NCBI GenBank assembly: GCA_051003195.1
Contig: JBPCLP010000008.1
Span: 96,001-160,000, forward strand
Length of the DNA stretch: 64,000 nucleotides
Direction of reading: 5' to 3'
DNA from: Candidatus Sumerlaeaceae bacterium
GTDB taxonomy: Bacteria; Sumerlaeota; Sumerlaeia; Sumerlaeales; Sumerlaeaceae
The translations under genes and the position numbers were made by a program. Below, in pieces: positions 49,670 to 57,692 of this stretch. Position 1 is the first letter of the stretch. Every line of letters begins with the position of its first letter. A model generated the notes under the pieces. That model did no database searches and was not told the origin of the DNA. It saw only the letters and a program-made list of their open reading frames with translations.

Positions 49670-52372
49670 CTAGCCAGTTGGGGGCGCAAAGAAGCAGTAC
49701 TGGTTCTTCCCCCCCGCTTTTGCTTTGTACATCGCAGCGTCCGCATCGTGGAGCAGCTCGTGTCCTTCCGTGTGTTCGCCGTGGCTGAGTGCAATGCCAA
49801 TGCTGCCGCCGGTCTGTACTTCGCCGGCACGAAGTCGAAATGGCTGCTGCAGTAGATCGAGTATGCGCCTGGCGACTGCCTCCGCATCACTCTTCTCGAC
49901 AAGATCGTACAAGATGATGGTAAACTCGTCGCCGGCCAGCCTCGACACCAGGTCACTCGGGCGCACACATTCGCAAAGCACGCGAGCCACTTCGACAAGC
50001 AGTTGATCACCGGCTGCATGCCCTAATCCGTCATTAACCTCTTTGAATCCGTCCAGGTCCAGGAACAGTAGAGCGATAGCCGCGGCTTCACGCCTCTTTG
50101 CACGCGCAAGTGCACGCTCCAATTCCTCCAGGAAAAATGTTCGGTTCGGGAGTTCGGTAAGAGCGTCGTGATAGGCGCCACGGCGAAGTTGTTCCTCCGC
50201 CCGCTTGCGCTGTGTGATGTCCATCATGGAGCCAATCGCGCGCACCGCGCCTTGATCATCATAATACCCGCGGTCAAACACGACAGAGTACGTACCGTCG
50301 CTGCACCGGAAGCGGTATTCCCGGGACCAGCTTTGCTTCCCCGCCTCCAGCGCCGCATTCACACTTTCAAGAGATGCTTCCCGGTCGTCCGGGTGAATGC
50401 GTTCACTCCACCAGTCAATGTGGGTCTCGCCATGCCCGGATGCGTACCCGAACAGCACTTCAATGTTGTTGTTCCACCAGAGGCTTCCACTTCGGATGTC
50501 CCAATCGTAAATCGCATCCGTGGTCGCTCGCATTACCCATTCGAATCGCTGCTGACTCTGCCGCAGTGCCAGTTCCGCTTCGGCTGCTTTGGTTTCCGCA
50601 TAAGCACGGTCGAACGAGGTGCAGCAATAGTCCGCCAGCTCCTGCAGCGTGTTAAGGTCGTCGGCGGTATATGCTTCCTTTTGGTAACTTTGGATCGAGA
50701 GCACGCCGACATTCCTTCCTTCATGACGTAGCGGGACGTACATGAGTGACGCAGAGGGTTGGCTGCTTCCGAATGGATGTAAGGAGTTGGGATCGGTATT
50801 GACATCATCCCGCAGAATTAATTGCGCGCCCTCGGCAAGAGTTCGATGGGTATTTGGGGCAGCCTCAACCTCGTAATGCTCTCGACCCAGCTCGCGTTTT
50901 TCCGACTCGATAGTATCGAAAACAATAATAGATCTAAAGCTACCACTATCCTCGTCAAAAAGATCGACAAATGCTGCGTCCCATCCAAACAGCGTATCGG
51001 CCGTGTCCAACATGAGTCGCGCAACCTGCTGTTGCGTGGTCGCTGCCACCAGCTTCTGCCCGAGATCACGCACAGCGCTCTGTACCTGTTCACGGCGACG
51101 CTGCCCCGTTATGTCCTGGATTTGTGCAATCAGATAGAGCGGCTGCGCCGTGATATCACGAACGAGTGATGCGCGGAAATTGACCCATACCATTCGATGG
51201 CTGCTATGTATCAGCCGGGATTCGAAATTTACGAAGTCCTTTTCGCCCGAGTAAACACTGAGCAGTTCATCCAGGACGCGTGACAAATCCTCGTAACAGG
51301 TAATACCGTGCAGGCCTGTCGCCAACATCTCGTGCTCCGTGTAACCAACAATCTCACACAGTGAGCGATTTACACGAATCCAGTCTCCATCCGGCCGCAG
51401 CACTCCCAGCCCAATAGGCGCGTGCTCAAACGCAATGGTAAACCTCTGTTCAGCTTCGCGAAGCCGCTCCTGTACGAAAATGCGATCGAAGGCCCCGCTG
51501 CAATAATCGGCGAGCGCTTCCAGAAGATGCAAATCTTCGGAAGTGTAGGCATTCGTCTGATAACTTTGAATGGAAATGATCCCGATCGGCTGCTGATCTT
51601 TACGAATGGGTACGAACATCAGCGATGCGGATCGTCTTTCTATGTCGCCCATCATCACGCCCGTGCCTTCGAGCTGCTCTTGGCGTGCCCGCAGAAGCAG
51701 TTGTGGACCGTGACGCAGCGCCTTTTCAGTATTCGAGCCCGGTACCGGCGCATCGTGACTCGGAAAAGTCTCTGTGCGCACATCGTCAATAAGATCGAAA
51801 TAAGCGATATTGTGCAGCAGTGAGGTTCGTCCGTCGTAGAGCTCTACAAACGCCGCGTCCCAGCCGAAGAGGTCGTCTGCGGAATCAAGAATCACCAGGC
51901 CGGCATCGCGCAACGAGGTAATTGCGCTGAGCCGTTGCCCGAGTGACGACAACACCTCCCTGACTTTGCTGCCGCGCTGGTGCTCTGTCATGTCGCGCAC
52001 TAAAGCGACAAAGTGCTTTTCTCCTTCGGTGGACCATACCACCGCCAGCTTAATCTCGACGGGAAAGGTACTTCCGTCTTTTCGCCTGTGTGTGCCTTGA
52101 AGCGTTTCTGTGTCGCCCGGTTGCATACGGCGCCACATTTCCAGGATCTTTTCGCGTTCCAGCTGCGGCTCGATATTCCAGACGTGCAGCCGCAGCAGTT
52201 CGTCTTCCAGGTAGCCCAGCGACTGCCATGCACGCTGGTTTACGTCCAGGATTCGCCCCTCCTCATCATGCAGGAAGTACGCGTCCGCGGCGGCTTCCAG
52301 TAGCGCACGCAATCCCTGGTCCTTGCGCTGCGCCAGGCGCTGTGCCTCCTTGTTGGTGTCTTCCGCGGTCAT
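49670..52372 (-). CDS. PAS-GAF-PAS-GAF-PAS diguanylate cyclase
   Basis: HRRKDGSTFPVE PAS; two FGWDA GAF repeats; DALTELPNR, DLDGFKEVND, RPSD I-site, AGDEF. Confidence 0.92.
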   Translation of the reverse strand: MTAEDTNKEAQRLAQRKDQGLRALLEAAADAYFLHDEEGRILDVNQRAWQSLGYLEDELLRLHVWNIEPQLEREKILEMWRRMQPGDTETLQGTHRRKDGSTFPVEIKLAVVWSTEGEKHFVALVRDMTEHQRGSKVREVLSSLGQRLSAITSLRDAGLVILDSADDLFGWDAAFVELYDGRTSLLHNIAYFDLIDDVRTETFPSHDAPVPGSNTEKALRHGPQLLLRARQEQLEGTGVMMGDIERRSASLMFVPIRKDQQPIGIISIQSYQTNAYTSEDLHLLEALADYCSGAFDRIFVQERLREAEQRFTIAFEHAPIGLGVLRPDGDWIRVNRSLCEIVGYTEHEMLATGLHGITCYEDLSRVLDELLSVYSGEKDFVNFESRLIHSSHRMVWVNFRASLVRDITAQPLYLIAQIQDITGQRRREQVQSAVRDLGQKLVAATTQQQVARLMLDTADTLFGWDAAFVDLFDEDSGSFRSIIVFDTIESEKRELGREHYEVEAAPNTHRTLAEGAQLILRDDVNTDPNSLHPFGSSQPSASLMYVPLRHEGRNVGVLSIQSYQKEAYTADDLNTLQELADYCCTSFDRAYAETKAAEAELALRQSQQRFEWVMRATTDAIYDWDIRSGSLWWNNNIEVLFGYASGHGETHIDWWSERIHPDDREASLESVNAALEAGKQSWSREYRFRCSDGTYSVVFDRGYYDDQGAVRAIGSMMDITQRKRAEEQLRRGAYHDALTELPNRTFFLEELERALARAKRREAAAIALLFLDLDGFKEVNDGLGHAAGDQLLVEVARVLCECVRPSDLVSRLAGDEFTIILYDLVEKSDAEAVARRILDLLQQPFRLRAGEVQTGGSIGIALSHGEHTEGHELLHDADAAMYKAKAGGKNQYCFFAPPTG

Positions 52373-52586
52373 ATCACATATTTAGGCTCGGTGATTTTCG
52401 GGTTATGGATAACGAAGGGTGAATGCTTAGGATCCAGCACAAGCCCCGGCACCTGTTCCGGAGTATATGCGGGCTCCAAAGCACAACTTTCACACAAACC
52501 CGCGGAACTAGCCCTGGTGACCGATATTCTTAGCGCAAGTTCCCTTTTATTACCTGTCCGAGCGGTTGCAACATCTTTTGTCCTGT

Positions 52587-52685
52587 CCAGTGTGCCGAAT
52601 CAGCAGTTCATTACCAGTCCAAAAGGCAAACTTACCCTCGATTCGGCACACAGAACTGATTACGAACTGACGGCAACCCCACTAG
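52587..52685 (-). repeat. ~100-bp element, copy 7
   Basis: ccagtgtgccgaatcag...gattcggcacacagaactgattacgaactgacggcaaccccactag. Confidence 0.85.
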
Positions 52686-52702
52686 CGAACGTGCTTGCGT
52701 AG

Positions 52703-55700
52703 ATGCGCGGCTGTTCAATACCTTCGATGACAATGAACCTTCGCTTAAAATGTCGTCAACGCATCCACGGGACTGTACTCGGAATTGTACTGGGTTTCAG
52801 CCTTGGCAGTGCGCAATCGCAAGTCCCGCAGGTTGCCGCCCGCCAGATTGGCAGTGGGTCCTCACCAGCCTCTGAGTCGTGGCAGACAATCCGAAGCCGC
52901 GATGCTGTAAAAGAGGCGCGCCGACAGGACGAAATTCGACGTGGGCTGAGGCCTCCGCTCGGCATTCCGCACGTGCAACCCGAGGAGCATGAGAAGGAAG
53001 AAGACGAACTTCGCCCCGGCCGTGATTCAGGCCCTTCAACTGCGCCCCTTGAAAGGCCACGCTTCAGATTGTCATTGCCTGAAGCGCAACCGCAGGCACC
53101 GCAGGCACTTTCCGGCGCCGGATTTAAGGGCGACGATATGCTCGAAGGTTCGCAGGCAAGCGGCTTCCTTTTTATTCCACCCGATACCCAGGGAGCGATT
53201 GGCCCAAACCATTTTGTGGAGATGACGAATGCTACGGTGAGTGTTTTCACCCGCGCTGGCGTAAAGCTTACAACTGCCTCGCTCGATAGTTTTTTTACGC
53301 TGACTGTCAGCGGCACCACGTATCCGCGCAATGGGTCGACCGATCCGCGCGTGATATATGATCGCCGGTCGGGCAGGTGGTTCGCCTGCATCATTGAAAT
53401 TGGCGCGAGCTCATCCGGCGCGGCCAACAATATCATTCTCGCCGTTTCACGCACCAGTGATGCGATTACAACCGTTTGGGATAAGTACCTTATTCCGACC
53501 GCGCAAGGTGGCGCCACGGGCAACACCAAGTTTAACGACTATGAATCTCTCGGACTCGATGATAACGGCGTGTATTTCGGGATGCGCGTCTTTACCAAGA
53601 GCGGTTCACATGCGCGTATCGTCGTGACTCCCAAGTCACCCCTCATTGCGGCAAGCCCAAGCCTGGGGGCGGTGTCCGACTTTGATTTAATCACGGACAT
53701 GTATTCTACGCCGCAGCCCGGGAATAACTATGACGCGGTAACCTCCACTTCGCGGGTATGGTTTGTCGCCGCGAACCACCAGTTCTATGCGAATATGAAC
53801 TACAGGCGCGTAACCTGGAGCGGAGCAACTGCATCCATTGACGCCGCATCGACCGTGCTGACGACACCGGCTTTCGCGGCCCCGCTGGACGTGCCGACGC
53901 TCAATGCGTCCCTCGACGCCGACGTCGGGGATATGCGCATGATGATGGCTGTCATTCGCAATAATCGGCTGTGGTGCTGCCGTCATGTCGGTGTAAATGC
54001 AAGCGGCGGATCGACCAGCGCGAATCGCACTGCCTGCGAGTTCCTGGAACTCGACGTCTCCACGGCAAACGCCACGCTTGTGCAGAGCGGGCGAGTTTTT
54101 GACACTGCCGCAACTGCTGCACGTTATTACTTCTATCCCTCGCTTGCCGTGAGCGGGCAGGGGCACGTCGCAATGGGTATGTCGGGCGCTAAATCGACCG
54201 AGTTTATTGGTGCATGGACCGCCGGCCGATTTGCGTCGGACCCAAGCGGAACGATGGGAGCCCCCCTTCAGTTCAAAGCCGGTGATGCAAAATACTCGGT
54301 TTCATTCGGCGGTTCACCCAATCGCTGGGGCGACTACAGCTTCACATCGCTGGATCCGAACGACGACATGAGCATCTGGACCATACAGGAATACGCCAGG
54401 ACGCCCAGCGGCAGTCAGGACTTGTGGAGCACCTGGATTGTGAAGGAGCTTTCCGCAGCCCCGACGCTCAACAATCCCGCCGCGAGCGGATTGCAGGGAA
54501 CATCTAATTACAACCTGGCATTGACCGGGACAGGATTTTATGATCCGGGCGCAGGTTTTCCGAATCGTCTGGCAGTGGCATTGAACGGCGGAGCGATCAA
54601 CGGGATAAGCGGCTACGCCGTTACCTACAACTCGCCGACGAGTGCCAACGTCATGTTCAACATCGCAGGCAATGCGTCGGTCGGCACGCGCGATATCGTG
54701 CTCACGAATCCCGACGGCCAGACGGCGACGGTGCTGGGTGGCTTCACGGTAAACGCAGGCGCGCCCAACACCGCCCCGGTCGTTACAGTGCCAGGTGCGC
54801 AAAACGGTTCTGAAGACACGAATCTCGTGCTGTCGGGCATCAGTGTGGCCGATGCAGATTCCGGCGCAGGCGAACTGCAAACCACGCTCACCGTCACAAA
54901 TGGTAAGCTTACGCTCAGTTCGACCGCGGGCCTTACCTTCACAGGCGGAACGAGCAACAATAGTGCTGTTGTCGCATTTACAGGCACCCTGGCGAATACG
55001 AACGCCGCGCTCAACAACCTGACTTACCTCGGCAACCTCAACTATAGCGGTTCGGATTCATTGAATGTTGCCGTGGATGACCGCGGGAATTCCGGCTCGG
55101 GTGGGGCACTGGCGGATTCCGAGAACGTATCCATCACGCTCGCTGCCATAAATGATGCGCCAGTTGTGGCGTCGCCTTCGTCAGCCAGCGGCAGCGAGGA
55201 CGCGAATCTGGCATTGCCGGGGATCAGTGTTTCGGACGTCGACCTTGGGGCGAATCCGGTTCAGTTGGCGCTGGGCGTATCCAATGGAACACTTACGCTT
55301 GGCAGCGTAACCGGGCTAAGTTTCACCGCAGGCGCGAACAGCACCGCAGCGATGACATTCAATGGCTCGCTGGCCAACGTGAACGCGGCACTGGCCACGC
55401 TAAGTTATCAGCCCACCTCCAACTACAGTGGCTCGGATTCAGTGGCTATTACTGCAAATGATCTGGGTGCCACCGGCAGTGGCGGTGCACAGTCCGACGC
55501 TGAGTCCGTTCCAATTACGATAAGTGCCATCAACGATGCTCCGGTGCTGAGTGTTCCGGCCTCGTCAAGCGGTAACGAAGACGCGAGCATTGCCATCTCG
55601 GGAATCAGCGTTGCCGATGCAGACCTTGGCACCAGTCCCGCTCAGGCCACTCTTGGCGTAACGAACGGAGTTTTAAACCTGGGTTCGACAGTGGGCCTGG

Positions 55701-57469
55701 GCTTCACCTCTGGCGCCAATGGCACATCGACAATGACGTTCAGCGGCTCGCTTGCCAATGTAAATTCCGCGCTGTCGGGCCTAAGCTACCTCGCAAACCT
55801 GAATTACAATGGGTCCGACACTCTGTCCATTACCATCAGCGATTTGGGAGGTAACGGATCAGGCGGCATGCTCACGGATGTCGATTCGATTCCGATTACG
55901 ATAGCCGCGATTAACGACCCGCCCATCATTGCGGCTCCGGCATCTGCCAGCGGCAACGAAGACACCAGCATTAGTATCGTGGGTGTCAGCTTCACCGATG
56001 CCGACATCGCTGCTGGCAATCTTCGGATTTCTCTCGGTGCTACCAGCGGCAATCTGAAACTGGGCAGCGTTGCAGGACTCACATTCCTCTTTGGCAACGA
56101 TAACAGCACGACCATGACATTCACCGCCAGCATCGCGGCTGCGAACACTGCCGTAACAGGCCTCGTCTATAGCCCTCCCGCCAACTTCAACGGTGGGGAC
56201 AGTATAACTGTTTCCGCCGGTGACCAGGGACAAACCGGCAGCGGCGGCGCGCTCACGGATAGCGAAACCATTCCCGTTACGGTGACAGCGGTAAATGATG
56301 CCCCGGTACTCACAGCGCCCGGCGCGCAGAACGTCAACGAGGATACCACCTTCACGCTTCCGGCCATTACGTTATCGGACACCGACCTGGGCGCCGGTTC
56401 CATCCAGGTTACATTGTCCTGCACGAACGGGAATATTGGGCTCCCATCAACTATCGGCCTGGCGTTCAGCAGCGGAGCGAACGGCACTGCATCGATGATT
56501 TTCTCCGGCAGCCCGGCCAATGTTTCAACAGCGCTGAACGCAATTACCTATCGTGGTGCTTCGAATTTCAGCGGTGGCGATACGCTCAGCGTCATTGCAA
56601 ACGACCTCGGCAACACGGGATCCGGCGGAGCAAAGACCGACAGCAAGTCCGTGCCGATCACTGTCAATGCCATCAACGATGCACCGGTTCTCAGTGCACC
56701 ACCATCGGCAAATGGAAACGAAGACACGAGTATTACGATTGCCGGCATCAGTGCTGCAGATCCGGATATTGGTGCGGCCAGCCTGCACGTTACGCTGGCC
56801 GTTTCCAGCGGGACACTGAAACTCGCCTCGGTGTCCGGGTTGTCCTTCCTCACCGGGGCCGACGGCACTTCGGCAATGGTATTCACGGGTACTGTGACAA
56901 GCGTGAATTCTGCGCTTAACGGGTTGGCCTATAGCGCGAACTTGAACTATAGCGGCGTGGACAGTCTCGCATTAACCATCAGCGACCAGGGTAACACAGG
57001 GTCCGGGGGCGCGGGTCTCGCGTCGACGTCGATACCGATCAGCATCCAATCGGTGAACGACGCTCCAGTCGTTACGGTGCCCGGCGCGCAGGGCGTTCTG
57101 CACGACACCCCGCTCGTCATCAATGGAACCGCAGCCAGCGACGTGGATCTGGGCGCTGGCGAGCTGCAAATCACATTGTCTGCCAACAACGGAAAGCTTA
57201 CCTTGAACAGCACTGCCGGGCTGACGTTCAGCACGGGTGATGGCACCGGCGATGCACTCATCGTGTTCACCGGCGCGCTCTCTGCCATCAATAACGCATT
57301 GTCGTCTTTGACGTACCTTGGCAATACCGGCTACTCCGGTCCGGACACCGTAAGCGTCACTGCAAACGACCAGGGCTTCACCGGTAGCGGCGGGTTGCAG
57401 TCCGACCTGAAGACCATCTCGATCAACGTGGCGGTACCCGTTGGCATCTCCGAGTTGATCACGGACTAG
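52703..57469 (+). CDS. Large secreted adhesin-like protein: N-terminal PPD...RWGDYS domain, Ig-like domain, 7 cadherin-like repeats
   Basis: Signal peptide; PPDTQGAIGPNH; RWGDYS; seven ~127-aa NDAP...ED...D.D repeats; start may be 52727 or 52733. Confidence 0.9.
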   Translation: MRGCSIPSMTMNLRLKCRQRIHGTVLGIVLGFSLGSAQSQVPQVAARQIGSGSSPASESWQTIRSRDAVKEARRQDEIRRGLRPPLGIPHVQPEEHEKEEDELRPGRDSGPSTAPLERPRFRLSLPEAQPQAPQALSGAGFKGDDMLEGSQASGFLFIPPDTQGAIGPNHFVEMTNATVSVFTRAGVKLTTASLDSFFTLTVSGTTYPRNGSTDPRVIYDRRSGRWFACIIEIGASSSGAANNIILAVSRTSDAITTVWDKYLIPTAQGGATGNTKFNDYESLGLDDNGVYFGMRVFTKSGSHARIVVTPKSPLIAASPSLGAVSDFDLITDMYSTPQPGNNYDAVTSTSRVWFVAANHQFYANMNYRRVTWSGATASIDAASTVLTTPAFAAPLDVPTLNASLDADVGDMRMMMAVIRNNRLWCCRHVGVNASGGSTSANRTACEFLELDVSTANATLVQSGRVFDTAATAARYYFYPSLAVSGQGHVAMGMSGAKSTEFIGAWTAGRFASDPSGTMGAPLQFKAGDAKYSVSFGGSPNRWGDYSFTSLDPNDDMSIWTIQEYARTPSGSQDLWSTWIVKELSAAPTLNNPAASGLQGTSNYNLALTGTGFYDPGAGFPNRLAVALNGGAINGISGYAVTYNSPTSANVMFNIAGNASVGTRDIVLTNPDGQTATVLGGFTVNAGAPNTAPVVTVPGAQNGSEDTNLVLSGISVADADSGAGELQTTLTVTNGKLTLSSTAGLTFTGGTSNNSAVVAFTGTLANTNAALNNLTYLGNLNYSGSDSLNVAVDDRGNSGSGGALADSENVSITLAAINDAPVVASPSSASGSEDANLALPGISVSDVDLGANPVQLALGVSNGTLTLGSVTGLSFTAGANSTAAMTFNGSLANVNAALATLSYQPTSNYSGSDSVAITANDLGATGSGGAQSDAESVPITISAINDAPVLSVPASSSGNEDASIAISGISVADADLGTSPAQATLGVTNGVLNLGSTVGLGFTSGANGTSTMTFSGSLANVNSALSGLSYLANLNYNGSDTLSITISDLGGNGSGGMLTDVDSIPITIAAINDPPIIAAPASASGNEDTSISIVGVSFTDADIAAGNLRISLGATSGNLKLGSVAGLTFLFGNDNSTTMTFTASIAAANTAVTGLVYSPPANFNGGDSITVSAGDQGQTGSGGALTDSETIPVTVTAVNDAPVLTAPGAQNVNEDTTFTLPAITLSDTDLGAGSIQVTLSCTNGNIGLPSTIGLAFSSGANGTASMIFSGSPANVSTALNAITYRGASNFSGGDTLSVIANDLGNTGSGGAKTDSKSVPITVNAINDAPVLSAPPSANGNEDTSITIAGISAADPDIGAASLHVTLAVSSGTLKLASVSGLSFLTGADGTSAMVFTGTVTSVNSALNGLAYSANLNYSGVDSLALTISDQGNTGSGGAGLASTSIPISIQSVNDAPVVTVPGAQGVLHDTPLVINGTAASDVDLGAGELQITLSANNGKLTLNSTAGLTFSTGDGTGDALIVFTGALSAINNALSSLTYLGNTGYSGPDTVSVTANDQGFTGSGGLQSDLKTISINVAVPVGISELITD
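54767..57430 (+). repeat. Seven tandem ~381-bp coding repeats (cadherin-like Ig domains)
   Basis: N(D/T)AP-type motifs at about 54767, 55151, 55532, 55913, 56294, 56675, 57056. Confidence 0.85.
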
Positions 57470-57592
57470 CTCCGGGCATCTGTTGGAGACGCTTAATGCG
57501 TAACCTGTAACCTGTAACCTGTCCGCTCAAATTCCGGTTTGGAATGGCCCTCAGCAGCCCGCATTCGGCAATTCGAACCCGGTGACCACATG

Positions 57593-57692
57593 CTGGTGTG
57601 GTCTGCCGTTAGTTCGTAATCAGTTCTGTGTGCCGAATCGAAGGTAAGTCTGCCCTTTGGTCTGGTAAGGAACTACGGATTCGGCACACTGG
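57593..57692 (+). repeat. ~100-bp element, copy 8
   Basis: ctggtgtggtctgccgttagttcgtaatcagttctgtgtgccgaatcg...gattcggcacactgg; overlaps the 3' end of the GGDEF-EAL gene. Confidence 0.88.

Noticed and set aside
52615..52685. c-di-GMP-I riboswitch upstream of the adhesin (AAAGGCAAAC...)
   Set aside because: The sequence is part of the dispersed element and lacks the GNRA-capped P2 stem and GACGCAAA motif.
52391..52702. 103-aa ORF upstream of the adhesin
   Set aside because: Runs through the non-coding repeat copy 7 and the divergent promoter region.
57500..57522. (GTAACCT)3 short tandem repeat
   Set aside because: Real but short, between convergent genes, with no evident function.
3211..57692. 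The ~100-bp repeats as integron attC sites or a CRISPR array
   Set aside because: Copies are dispersed and in both orientations relative to genes, lack RYYYAAC/GTTRRRY ends and regular spacers, and no intI or cas gene is present.
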